Below, piece by piece: positions 33,864 through 43,423 of a stretch of DNA of 64,000 nt. This stretch comes from an uncultured Clostridia bacterium (lineage in GTDB: Bacteria; Bacillota; Clostridia; Christensenellales; CAG-314), in NCBI GenBank assembly GCA_947586855.1, contig CANPXV010000005.1, positions 42,951 to 106,950 on the forward strand. The letters are read 5' to 3'. A program made the translations under genes and the position numbers. The notes beneath the pieces were generated by a model. It was given only the letters and a program-made list of their open reading frames with translations, was not told the DNA's origin and searched no databases. Every line of letters starts with the position of its first letter. The stretch's first letter is position 1.

Positions 33864-34502
33864 GTGGTGAATATAATGCAATGGAACAATGAAATAGGAT
33901 ATCAACAACCGCAACAAGACGTCTACGCAGATGTGAGGACGCCCTATTCGGCCAATCCTTTTGCTCAGGACAACACGGACAGTCAGGAGTTTTCTCTTTC
34001 CAGCATTCAACAAAAGCTTGGAGCTATCAGCTCTACCGTAGAGGTGGACACGGGCAACAGCTCTCCCGATGTGATGCCCTCGACGCAGACGTTGAATATG
34101 AGCTACCAACGCGAATATCAGGCGTCGGGCACTCGTGCCGCAACAAAACTTTCCACCAAGGGAAAAATCATGATTGCCAGCTATGCGATAGTGGTGCTTG
34201 CCCTGATTGTTGCGGTGACGCTGTGCGGTGTGTCGGTAACAAGCACTTTCGATGCGGCGCTGGTCAGCTCGGTAGATTACAGCGAGCTGGCTGCCGAAGT
34301 AGACGCACTTACTGTTTTGTCCCAGACGGAAAACTTTGACGAGCTGGACCGTCGGGCAACAGAGCTCGGGTATATCGATGCGTCACAGTCAACCACTATG
34401 ACCTATACCGAGTTGGAGACAAGACCCGCACAAAATTTCTCGATAGAAACCAATTGGTTCGATTCCTTGTGCGATTGGTTCAGCAACGTTTTCGGGGGCT
34501 GA
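33864..34502 (+). CDS. FtsL-position single-pass membrane protein with long N-terminal extension
   Basis: One TM (IMIASYAIVVLALIVAVTLCGV). The extracytoplasmic part (..DELDRRATELGYIDASQ..) resembles the FtsL C-terminal motif. Start is GTG 33864 or ATG 33876. About 100 Q/S/P-rich residues precede the TM. Confidence 0.6.
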   Translation: MVNIMQWNNEIGYQQPQQDVYADVRTPYSANPFAQDNTDSQEFSLSSIQQKLGAISSTVEVDTGNSSPDVMPSTQTLNMSYQREYQASGTRAATKLSTKGKIMIASYAIVVLALIVAVTLCGVSVTSTFDAALVSSVDYSELAAEVDALTVLSQTENFDELDRRATELGYIDASQSTTMTYTELETRPAQNFSIETNWFDSLCDWFSNVFGG

Positions 34503-34503
34503 T

Positions 34504-36240
34504 TTGCAAGACAACTACTACATAACAAAAAAGAGATTGCTGTCACTTTGCGTGGCGGCAATTTTTCTGTTTGCAGTCATATTTTTGCGTTTGGGGTATA
34601 TACAAGTAGTTTGGGGCAAGGAGCTCCAAGCCCGTGCCGACGAGCAATGGCAGCGAGATTTGCCCATCAAAGCCTACCGAGGGGATATTGTGGACACCAA
34701 CGGACAGTTGCTTGCCACAACCGAAACGGGTTTCAGCGTGTACGCCAGACCGCAAAGCGTGGAGCACCCCGACGAGGCGGCAAGGGCGCTTTCGTCCATT
34801 TTGCAAATAGATTACGACACGATTTTGGGCAAAATCACCAAACGAGGCGTATCGGAGGTGACGCTTAAACGGCAGCTTTCGGCGGACAAAGCGCAAGAAA
34901 TACGCAGTTGCAACCTCGAAGGGATATATCTTGCCTCGGAGGGGTTGCGCAGGTATGTGTACGGAGACTTTTTGTCGCAGGTGCTGGGATTTGTGTCCTC
35001 CGATGGTGTGGGGCAAACGGGTTTGGAGGCGTACTACGACAAGTATTTGCAGGGGCTGGACGGCGAACTGCTGACGGAAACAGACCTGGTGGGGGACGAG
35101 CTGGACAACGGCTCGACCACCTATATCCCGGCGGTAAACGGCCTTGTGCTAACCCTGACGGTGGACGCCGTGATACAGGGCATTGTTGAAAACGTTTTGC
35201 AGCTGGCCATGTATCAGCAAAATCCGCAGGCGGCACGCTGTATCGTGCTGGACGTCACCACGGGAGAAATTCTCGCCATGGCCTCCAAGCCCAGCGTGGA
35301 TCTGAACAACCTGCCGAGAGACAACATCGAGTATCTGATGAAGTACTCCAAAAACACCTTGCTTACCGACGTGTACGAGCCGGGCTCCACCTTCAAGGTG
35401 CTCACCGCATCCGCTTGCTTGGAGGAGTACCGCAAGGGCAATCCCAAGGCATTTTCGGCGCAGCATGTGTTTGGCAACTCTTCGGGGATACGCATTGTGG
35501 ACGGCTCCAAAATAAGCTGCTGGACCAAACATGCCAACGGCAAGCACTCCAATCAGACCCTTTCTGACGCACTCAACAACAGCTGCAACCCTATTTTTAC
35601 GGATATTGCGCTGTCGCTTGGCAAGGATACGATGTACCAATATCTGGAAAAATTCGGTTACGGATCTCCCACGGGCATAGATTTTGCCGGCGAGCAGGCG
35701 GGTATTCTCGTGCCCAAAACCGCTGTCACCAACGGTGATCTGGCCCGTATCGGCTTTGGACAGACCATTGCAGTTACCGCATTGCAGCTGTGCATGGCCA
35801 CGGCAGCTGCCGTCAACGGAGGACTGCTTATGCGCCCCTACTTGGTAAAGGAAATTTCCGACCCCGTATCCGGCAAGACAGTCAAGCGATTTTCGCCTGT
35901 GGTGGAGAACAGGGTCATCAGCGAGGAAACGAGCAAACAAATCGCCGCAATGCTGCAAAGGGTAGTGGACGAAGGCGGCGGTAAAAACGCCCGCATAGAG
36001 GGCTATCAGGTGGGCGGAAAAACAGGCACGGCGCAAAAGTTTGTGGACGGGGCGCTGGCCGCAGGCAAGTATGTATCGTCATTTGTGGGATTTTTTCCCG
36101 CAAGCAGCCCCAAATATCTTGTGTTGATGATTGTGGACGAACCGCAAGGGCAAAGCTACGGCTCCATTGTGGCGGCGCCCTATGCAGGCCTTGTGTTCAG
36201 GGAGATCATCAATTACAAAAATATTGCCCCCGTCGAGTAG
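34504..36240 (+). CDS. class B penicillin-binding protein (FtsI/PBP2B/SpoVD-type transpeptidase)
   Basis: N-terminal TM anchor and dimerisation domain. Motifs SxxK (GSTFK), SxN (NNSCN) and KTG (GGKTGTAQ). TTG start overlaps the upstream stop. Confidence 0.9.
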   Translation: MQDNYYITKKRLLSLCVAAIFLFAVIFLRLGYIQVVWGKELQARADEQWQRDLPIKAYRGDIVDTNGQLLATTETGFSVYARPQSVEHPDEAARALSSILQIDYDTILGKITKRGVSEVTLKRQLSADKAQEIRSCNLEGIYLASEGLRRYVYGDFLSQVLGFVSSDGVGQTGLEAYYDKYLQGLDGELLTETDLVGDELDNGSTTYIPAVNGLVLTLTVDAVIQGIVENVLQLAMYQQNPQAARCIVLDVTTGEILAMASKPSVDLNNLPRDNIEYLMKYSKNTLLTDVYEPGSTFKVLTASACLEEYRKGNPKAFSAQHVFGNSSGIRIVDGSKISCWTKHANGKHSNQTLSDALNNSCNPIFTDIALSLGKDTMYQYLEKFGYGSPTGIDFAGEQAGILVPKTAVTNGDLARIGFGQTIAVTALQLCMATAAAVNGGLLMRPYLVKEISDPVSGKTVKRFSPVVENRVISEETSKQIAAMLQRVVDEGGGKNARIEGYQVGGKTGTAQKFVDGALAAGKYVSSFVGFFPASSPKYLVLMIVDEPQGQSYGSIVAAPYAGLVFREIINYKNIAPVE

Positions 36241-36280
36241 AAGCCTCAACATCATATTTGAGGCCATATACAAATAAAAT

Positions 36281-36314
36281 AATCTGTACAAACCGTGTGC
36301 AGATTATTTTTTTT
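36281..36314 (+). terminator. intrinsic terminator inside the dcw cluster (between PBP and murE)
   Basis: AATCTGTACA-aaccg-TGTGCAGATT followed by A plus T8. Confidence 0.7.
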
Positions 36315-36325
36315 CGGAGTATAAA

Positions 36326-37753
36326 ATGTATCTTCAACAAATACTAAACGGTGTAAGTTATCGCACCGTGGGCAGCGGCAATCCCAACATCTCATCGCTG
36401 GCGTGCGACACGTCGCAAGTGCAGCCCGATTGTCTGTTTTTTTGCCTCAAAGGCAAACGTTTTGACGGGCACGATTTTTTCCGCAAAGCTATCGGTGACG
36501 GCGCTGCGGCAATAGTGTGCGAACATCCGTTGGAAACGCAAGCGCTGCAAATCGTGGTGGACGACGTCCGCTCTGTGATGAGCGTTGCGGCAAAAAATTT
36601 TTACGATTGCTGCTCGGACAAGATGAAGATAATATCCATCGTCGGCACCAACGGCAAAACTTCCACATCCTACGTTCTGGACGCCATCTTGACCAAATAC
36701 GGCTACAAAACGGCGGTTATCGGCACCAACGGAGTGTTCTTTTGCGGACAGCGCCACCCCTCGTCGCTTACCACTCCCGACCCGATCGAATTGCATTGCC
36801 TGCTGCGCCAGATGTATCTCAACAAGGTGGACGTGGTGATAATGGAAGTTTCTGCGCACGCCATAGCACTCAAAAAAATGCTTGGGATATGCTCGGATGT
36901 GGCCATTTTTACCAATTTTACGCAGGACCACCTGGATTTCTTTGGCACGATGGACAACTATCGCAACGCCAAAAAGAGCTTTTTTACCGAACGGTATGTA
37001 AAAAATGCAGTAGTCAACCTCGACGACGACCTGGGACGAGAAATAGCGGCCGTTGTGCCCTCTGCCACCTATGCAGTATATGCCGACGCCGATGTGACGG
37101 CAGGGGACGTGCAGATAGGCAAGGAGCATTCTACATACAGGCTGACGCTGTTTGACGGTTCGGCAATAGTGCACACTCATCTTGCGGGGCTGTTCAACGT
37201 CTACAATACGCTGGCTGCGGCAACGTGCGCCGCCGTGATGGGCGTTGATCCCGACACTATCGTCAATGCCATTGCCGAAATCACTTCCGTCAGCGGCCGC
37301 AACGAGACGCTTGTCCGCTCCGATGGAGCCCGTATCGTGGTGGATTTTGCGCACACTCCCGACGGTCTGCAAAACATTTTGAGCTTTTTGCGGCGCACAA
37401 CAGAGGGCAAGCTGTTGGTGGTGTTCGGCTGCGGCGGCAATCGTGACAAGTTCAAACGGCCGTTGATGGCGCAAAAAGTATCGCAATACGCCGATTTTGC
37501 CATACTAACCAACGATAACCCTCGTTTTGAGGACCCCAAGGCCATTGCAAGGGACGTTTCGGAAGCGCTCACCTGCAAATACAAGGTTATACTAAACAGG
37601 TCTCAGGCGACGGAATACGCCCTGTCGATAGCCACGGGCAACGACACCGTGGCGATATTGGGCAAGGGCGCAGAGGAATATCAGGAGATACGGGGCAAAA
37701 AATTTCCCTATTCCGACTTGGAGGTCGTCAGGGGACTTTTGCGCATAGAGTAG
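36326..37753 (+). CDS. murE: UDP-N-acetylmuramoyl-L-alanyl-D-glutamate--2,6-diaminopimelate ligase
   Basis: Mur ligase P-loop GTNGKTSTS, conserved order in the dcw cluster, and a DNPR motif near the C-terminus (TNDNPRFEDP) typical of meso-DAP-adding MurE. Confidence 0.9.
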   Translation: MYLQQILNGVSYRTVGSGNPNISSLACDTSQVQPDCLFFCLKGKRFDGHDFFRKAIGDGAAAIVCEHPLETQALQIVVDDVRSVMSVAAKNFYDCCSDKMKIISIVGTNGKTSTSYVLDAILTKYGYKTAVIGTNGVFFCGQRHPSSLTTPDPIELHCLLRQMYLNKVDVVIMEVSAHAIALKKMLGICSDVAIFTNFTQDHLDFFGTMDNYRNAKKSFFTERYVKNAVVNLDDDLGREIAAVVPSATYAVYADADVTAGDVQIGKEHSTYRLTLFDGSAIVHTHLAGLFNVYNTLAAATCAAVMGVDPDTIVNAIAEITSVSGRNETLVRSDGARIVVDFAHTPDGLQNILSFLRRTTEGKLLVVFGCGGNRDKFKRPLMAQKVSQYADFAILTNDNPRFEDPKAIARDVSEALTCKYKVILNRSQATEYALSIATGNDTVAILGKGAEEYQEIRGKKFPYSDLEVVRGLLRIE

Positions 37754-37780
37754 CCATACATAAGTTGCAAAGGGAGAGTT

Positions 37781-38773
37781 ATGCAAGCCATTTCGTTTTT
37801 GTGCGCCTTTGCAGTGAGTCTTTTGCTGTGCGCAATGCTGTTGCCGCTGCTCAAAAGGCTACGGGCAGGGCAGGAAATTTTGGAATACGTCACCGAGCAC
37901 AGCGCCAAGCAGGGCACGCCCACAATGGGCGGGATTGCCTTCATCTTGACGGTGGTGCTGCTTAGCGCAGTGTTTTGCAATTGGTCCAACAGGGCGACGG
38001 CCGTTGCCGTGGCGGTGTTTTTTGCCTATGGAGTGGTGGGCTTTTTGGACGACTTTATCAAGATACGCTACAAGCGGAATATGGGGCTGCACGCCTATCA
38101 AAAAATAATCGTGCAGCTGGCGATAGCGGTGTTGGTGGCGGTGTTTGTGTGGGGCGAGGTGTCCATCGGAGGCAAATTGCGCATACCCTTTTGCGAAATG
38201 ACGGTCAATATCGGCGTGTGGATAGTTCCGTTGGTTGTGTTTGTGTATCTGGCCTGCACCAACAGCGTCAATCTGACGGACGGACTGGACGGCTTGGCCG
38301 CAAGTACAACGATATGCTTTCTGGCTGGCATGATTGCGCTGCTTGGCAGGGAGTTGAGGCTGCTGGAAAGCGTCGGCGACACCTATGCTTACAAGCAAAC
38401 GCAGGATCTTGTTACGCTGTGCTTTCTGTGTTGCGGGGCGCTTGCGGCGTTTTTGCTTTTCAACTGTAACAACGCCAAGATGTTTATGGGCGACACGGGC
38501 TCGCTTGCGCTGGGCGCTATGGTGGCGTGCGTGGCCATTTTTACCCGCATGAGCCTGTTTATCCCCATTGTGGGTTGGATGTTTGTGTGGTCCAGCGTGT
38601 CGGTGATAGTGCAGGTGGCGTACTTCAAAATAACGCACGGCAAGAGGGTTTTCCTGATGGCACCGTTCCATCATCACCTGCAAAAAAAGCATTGGAGTGA
38701 AACTCGCATTTGCGTGCTTTACTGTGCGGTAACGGTGTGCATTACTTTCGTTTTGCTGTGTTTTGGAGAATAA
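37781..38773 (+). CDS. mraY: phospho-N-acetylmuramoyl-pentapeptide transferase
   Basis: 10-TM protein with ..KQGTPTMGG.., ..NLTDGLDGLA.. and ..GDTGSLALG.. motifs. Confidence 0.95.
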   Translation: MQAISFLCAFAVSLLLCAMLLPLLKRLRAGQEILEYVTEHSAKQGTPTMGGIAFILTVVLLSAVFCNWSNRATAVAVAVFFAYGVVGFLDDFIKIRYKRNMGLHAYQKIIVQLAIAVLVAVFVWGEVSIGGKLRIPFCEMTVNIGVWIVPLVVFVYLACTNSVNLTDGLDGLAASTTICFLAGMIALLGRELRLLESVGDTYAYKQTQDLVTLCFLCCGALAAFLLFNCNNAKMFMGDTGSLALGAMVACVAIFTRMSLFIPIVGWMFVWSSVSVIVQVAYFKITHGKRVFLMAPFHHHLQKKHWSETRICVLYCAVTVCITFVLLCFGE

Positions 38774-38774
38774 T

Positions 38775-40058
38775 ATGGCAGACATAGTAGTATATGGAAA
38801 GGGCAAAACAGGGCAATCCTTGATAAAAATGCTACAACAACTTGGCAAAAATGCTATTTTGTTCGACGACGACAGCGGGTTCGAAAAATCCTGTCGATTT
38901 GCCCCCGACACGACTGTGATATTGAGTCCGGGCGTCCCTCCCCGGGCAAAAGGGCTTGTTGCGGCCAAGGCTGCGGGCGCAACCGTGGTGGGAGAATTGG
39001 ATTTTTGCTTTCCCTACTGCAAGGCAAAATGTGTTTCCGTCACGGGCACCAACGGCAAAACGACAATTTGTCAGATGATCGCACGGGTGCTTGCAACTTG
39101 TGTTGGAAAGGTGCGCCTTCTGGGCAACGGCGGCGTGCCGTTTTCTTCGCAGGTGCTTAGCGTGCAGCCGGAAGAGATTGTTGTGTTGGAAAGTTCCAGC
39201 TTTCAGCTTGCCGATTGTAAGGTGTTTGCGCCCTATGTCAGCGTGGTGTCCAACGTGGCGTGCGACCATCTCAATTGGCACCCCGATTTGCAGCACTATC
39301 GTGACGCCAAGGCCAACAACTTTTTGCACCAAAGGCAGGGATTTGCCATTTTTAATCTTGACGACGAGGGCAGCGTGCAGCTGTCGGAGCGTTGCGGCAC
39401 AAAAAAATTGTTCTACGCCCTTTCCGACACGAAGGCCGATTGCTTTTTCGACGGCGAAAATGTGGTTTTGCATGGTGTTGTCGCCGCCCGTGCGCCCTAT
39501 CTGCGCAACTACGCACCACACAACATTTCCAACGCTTTGGCGGCGCTGCTGGCATGTCACTGCGTGGGTGCGGATATGCAAGCCTCAGCGGACGCATTGT
39601 GCGGATACGTTCCGTTGCCTCATCGATTGCAAGCGTTGCCGCCCGTCAACAACGTCACCTTTGTGGACGACAGCAAGGCCACAAACGTGCATGCCACAGT
39701 CAGTGCGCTGAGGTGTTTCCGCCAAAGATTGGCGCTGATATTGGGCGGCTCGGACAAGGGCGAGGCCTACGACCCCATTTTTCGATCGTTGCCGCCAAAT
39801 GTTGAGGTAGTGACGGCTGTGGGGCAGACGGCGCAGGCGATATATCGATGCGGCAAGGCCTACGGTGTGGATGTGCATGTCGCCAACACACTCGAAGAGG
39901 CCGTGCGCTACTGTTACGGCAGTATGTCGCAATCGGGCGGGGTGGTGCTGATGTCCAATGCGTGCGCCAGCTTTGACAGTTTTGGCGGCTTTGAAGAGCG
40001 GGGCGACTGCTTCGCCTCGGTGGTAGAGGAAATCAGGCGTGAAAACAAAGAAAATTGA
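38775..40058 (+). CDS. murD: UDP-N-acetylmuramoylalanine--D-glutamate ligase
   Basis: Start ATG at 38775, 6 nt after GGAG. P-loop GTNGKTT. dcw position after mraY. Confidence 0.9.
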   Translation: MADIVVYGKGKTGQSLIKMLQQLGKNAILFDDDSGFEKSCRFAPDTTVILSPGVPPRAKGLVAAKAAGATVVGELDFCFPYCKAKCVSVTGTNGKTTICQMIARVLATCVGKVRLLGNGGVPFSSQVLSVQPEEIVVLESSSFQLADCKVFAPYVSVVSNVACDHLNWHPDLQHYRDAKANNFLHQRQGFAIFNLDDEGSVQLSERCGTKKLFYALSDTKADCFFDGENVVLHGVVAARAPYLRNYAPHNISNALAALLACHCVGADMQASADALCGYVPLPHRLQALPPVNNVTFVDDSKATNVHATVSALRCFRQRLALILGGSDKGEAYDPIFRSLPPNVEVVTAVGQTAQAIYRCGKAYGVDVHVANTLEEAVRYCYGSMSQSGGVVLMSNACASFDSFGGFEERGDCFASVVEEIRRENKEN

Positions 40059-41154
40059 CTACATACTGCTTGGCGCCGTGCTTGCGGCGGTGGGCATTGG
40101 GCTGCTGTTTGTGTACAGCGCAAGCAACTATTCCGCACAGATTACCTATGGCAACAAATACTTCTTTTTGACCAAGCAGGCGATAGGCGCCGCCGTGGGA
40201 CTTGTAGCCATGATCGCTGCCATATACATCAATGTCGATTGGCTCAAAAAACTGTGGATTGTGGGCGTGGTGCTATCCGTAATTTTGTTGGTGTTGGTAT
40301 TTGTGCCGGGGCTAAGTATCGAAAACTACGGCGCTCGCAGGTGGATAGGCGTGGGCAGTTTTTCCATGCAACCGTCCGAAATCGCCAAGTTTGCCTATGT
40401 TTTGTTTTGTGCTGTGTGCATGTCTCGCTTCGATATGAGCAAGCTGCGCTGGTGCTTGTTGCCCATTGGCGTTGGACTGCTGTTTTGCGGACTTATCATT
40501 GCCGAGCCGAACATGTCCATAACCATGTGCATGGCCATGCTTATGCTCATCATGCTGTTTCTCGGCGGGATGAAGTGGAAACACTTTTTGTTGATGCTTG
40601 TGCCCATTGCGGCGGCAGTACCGCTGTTGATCGTGGTCGAGCCCTATCGTTTGCAGCGCCTGTTGGCGTTTCTGGACCCGTGGGCGTCGCCCAAGGACGA
40701 GGGCTACCAGCTGATACAATCCCTGTATGCTTTGGGCAGCGGCGGTTGGTTTGGCGTGGGGCTATTCAACAGCCGACAAAAGTATCGTTTTTTGCCCTTT
40801 GCCGAAAGCGACTTTATTTTTTCCGTGATAGGAGAAGAAACGGGCATTTTCGGGTGTTTGGCGGTGTTTGCACTGTTTGCGTTGATAGTGCTGCGAGGGG
40901 TGCGCATCGCCGTCAACAGCAAGGATAAGTACAGGTGTTTTTTTGCGGGAGGGATATCTGCGGTGGTGGCGGTACAATCGCTGCTTAACTTTGCTGTCGT
41001 CACTGGCAGCATACCGCCCACAGGATTGCCCTTGCCCTTTATCAGCTACGGCGGCACCTCGCTGGTGGTGTTTATGACGGCGATGGGACTGCTGCTCAAT
41101 CTGTCGGGGCAGATATACGAAAACGGTTTGGGAGGGCGTTTGTGGAGTACATAG
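40039..41154 (+). CDS. ftsW: SEDS-family peptidoglycan glycosyltransferase FtsW/SpoVE
   Basis: 10-TM SEDS protein (..AESDFIFSVIGEETG.., ..LPFISYGGTS..). GTG start overlaps the murD end. Confidence 0.9.
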   Translation: MKTKKIDYILLGAVLAAVGIGLLFVYSASNYSAQITYGNKYFFLTKQAIGAAVGLVAMIAAIYINVDWLKKLWIVGVVLSVILLVLVFVPGLSIENYGARRWIGVGSFSMQPSEIAKFAYVLFCAVCMSRFDMSKLRWCLLPIGVGLLFCGLIIAEPNMSITMCMAMLMLIMLFLGGMKWKHFLLMLVPIAAAVPLLIVVEPYRLQRLLAFLDPWASPKDEGYQLIQSLYALGSGGWFGVGLFNSRQKYRFLPFAESDFIFSVIGEETGIFGCLAVFALFALIVLRGVRIAVNSKDKYRCFFAGGISAVVAVQSLLNFAVVTGSIPPTGLPLPFISYGGTSLVVFMTAMGLLLNLSGQIYENGLGGRLWST

Positions 41155-42377
41155 TTTCGGGCGGACGTTTGCAGGGCGAACTGCCCGTTTATGGGGCAAA
41201 AAACTGCGCTTTGGCACTGCTGGGGGCAACGGTTTTGACGGAGGACGAGGTGATCCTGAACAATTGCCCCGACATATCCGACGTGCGCAATATGTTGTTG
41301 CTGTTGCAGGCAATGGGCAAAAAGGTTTGGCGCTGCGGCGATAGAGTATCCGTTGCGGGAGAGTTGCACTCCACATGCGCTCCCCGCCGATATGCTGCGC
41401 TTTTGCGGGGCTCGGCGCTGATTTTGGGCAGTACCGTCGCAAAATATCACAAAATCGCCCTGCCGCTGCCGGGAGGGTGCGCTATCGGTGCCCGCCCGAT
41501 GGACATTCACCTGAGCGGTTTGGAGGCGCTTGGGGTGAAGGTGCTGCATTTCCCAGATATGGTAAGTTGCAGCGGCCGACCCAAAGGCGCTGTTTTTAAG
41601 CTGCGCTTTGCCAGCGTGGGCGCCACAGAGAATTTGTTGTGCGCCTGCTCTCTGGTGGAGGGCACAAGCGTTCTCTCCAACGTTGCGATCGAGCCGGAGG
41701 TGGTGGCGTTGGAGCGCATGCTGGTGGATATGGGCGCACGGATAGAGGGCGTGGGCGACAGGACCGTGACGGTGAAGGGTGTGCGCAAGTTGCACGGAGC
41801 CATCTTTGACGTCATCCCCGATCGAATTGTAGCCGCAACCTATCTGGCCTCTGCGGTTGCCGCCAAGGGGGATTTGACCGTTACAAATTGTTGTCCGCAG
41901 CACTTGCAGGCATTTTTGCAACTGTTGCAGCCGCATTGCAGCGTGAAAATTTATCCCGATGCTGTGCGTATTGTTGCCGAAAAACGCACGGGAGGCTTCG
42001 GCAAGGTGCAAACGGCACCATATCCGTTGTTTCCGACGGATATGCAATCGCTGTTGCTGTCGCTGGCCGCCTGCGCCGACGGCACAACAGTCATCGAGGA
42101 AAATTTGTTTGAAAACCGCCTTGCGCACAACGCCGCCGAGCTTGGCAAAATGGGCGCCGATGTGCAGGTGTCGGGCAATGTGGCAACCGTTTCGGGGCGC
42201 AATCTGCACGGAGCGGAGCTTTTTGCCGCCGATCTGCGTGGCGGTGCAGGATTGGTGGTGGCGGCGCTATCTGCGGAGGGAGACAGTGTTGTGCACGGGA
42301 TAGAGCATATCGAGCGGGGATACATGGATCTGGCGCAAAACTTGCGCAATGTGGGCGCCAAGATACAACTGCGTTAA
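41142..42377 (+). CDS. murA: UDP-N-acetylglucosamine 1-carboxyvinyltransferase
   Basis: GTG start after GGGAGGG. ..GAKNCALALLGA.., active-site region ..LPGGCAIGARPMDIHL.. and ..FPTDMQ... Confidence 0.9.
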   Translation: MEYIVSGGRLQGELPVYGAKNCALALLGATVLTEDEVILNNCPDISDVRNMLLLLQAMGKKVWRCGDRVSVAGELHSTCAPRRYAALLRGSALILGSTVAKYHKIALPLPGGCAIGARPMDIHLSGLEALGVKVLHFPDMVSCSGRPKGAVFKLRFASVGATENLLCACSLVEGTSVLSNVAIEPEVVALERMLVDMGARIEGVGDRTVTVKGVRKLHGAIFDVIPDRIVAATYLASAVAAKGDLTVTNCCPQHLQAFLQLLQPHCSVKIYPDAVRIVAEKRTGGFGKVQTAPYPLFPTDMQSLLLSLAACADGTTVIEENLFENRLAHNAAELGKMGADVQVSGNVATVSGRNLHGAELFAADLRGGAGLVVAALSAEGDSVVHGIEHIERGYMDLAQNLRNVGAKIQLR

Positions 42378-42571
42378 GTTTTTTCGGCTTATTTTGACCG
42401 ATGTGGCGCACACACTTGCGGCAAAACTTACGGGCAAATTGCTTTGCAAATATTTTGGCGGGCAATTTACTCGTTTTTTCATTGACTAACTGAAAGATAA
42501 AGTGTATAATTTATTTGATTATAATTGGTCGGATATGCCCAAGGGGCGATTTCGGCCAAGGGAGTCTACAA

Positions 42572-43390
42572 GTGAAAAGTAAAAAACTTCTCATTTCGCT
42601 ACTGATAGTTGCGGCCATCGTTGTGCTGATAGTGGTTTTGGCGGCAATATTTACCGTGAGAGAGGTCGTGCCCGTCTATCACAATTTTGAGGGCAGCACG
42701 ATAAGCGCACCCGCCGACGGCATTGCCCCCATCGAGCTGACGGACGCCTGCAAAGGAAAGAGTATCCTGTTTTTGTCCAAATCCAAGCTGACGGACGAGC
42801 TCAACGCCAACTATCCCCAATGGGCGGTCGTGCAGATAGTCAAACAGTTTCCCGACACGGTAGAAGTGCATTTTTACAGGCGCAAAACCTTTGCCAAGCT
42901 GCAAATTTCCGACGCCACAACGGTGTATGTGGATAACGCCGGATATGTCACCGACGAGCCTGCCGACAAATCGCTGATAATCGACATCACGTCGGCCTTC
43001 CAAAACAAGGACATAGAGGGTCAAACGGCTGTGGCCGGCAAACCGCTGAGGTTTGTGTCGGAGGAGAACAACACCCGGTTGCACAACACGCTGCAAGCGT
43101 TGGTGGCCGTCTGGCGTTGCTGGGTAGAACCCGAGCAAATTTCCGAGGTGCTGGGCGAAAGAGATGTTTTCCGCTTTGACGAGGACGGCGATCTGGTCAT
43201 TACGCCCAAACTGAAAGGAAAAATCGTTGTGGAGTCTCCTTCGTCGGGCGACCCCGACTTGGTGGACAGGCTGATAAAAGCTCTCGGTGTCTACTACAAC
43301 GGCCAAATCAATCTGCACAGCGACGACTACACGATAACGGTCACCAAAAACGGTTCCGTACAAACCAACAACAAACAAGCTTCTGACTGA
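42572..43390 (+). CDS. FtsQ/DivIB-like cell-division protein
   Basis: GTG at 42572, 7 nt after GGGAG. N-terminal TM (LLISLLIVAAIVVLIVVLAAIF) followed by a POTRA-like extracytoplasmic domain. Position immediately upstream of ftsA. Confidence 0.6.
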   Translation: MKSKKLLISLLIVAAIVVLIVVLAAIFTVREVVPVYHNFEGSTISAPADGIAPIELTDACKGKSILFLSKSKLTDELNANYPQWAVVQIVKQFPDTVEVHFYRRKTFAKLQISDATTVYVDNAGYVTDEPADKSLIIDITSAFQNKDIEGQTAVAGKPLRFVSEENNTRLHNTLQALVAVWRCWVEPEQISEVLGERDVFRFDEDGDLVITPKLKGKIVVESPSSGDPDLVDRLIKALGVYYNGQINLHSDDYTITVTKNGSVQTNNKQASD

Positions 43391-43423
43391 AAATACGACT
43401 GAAACAAAAACACAGAGGAAAAC

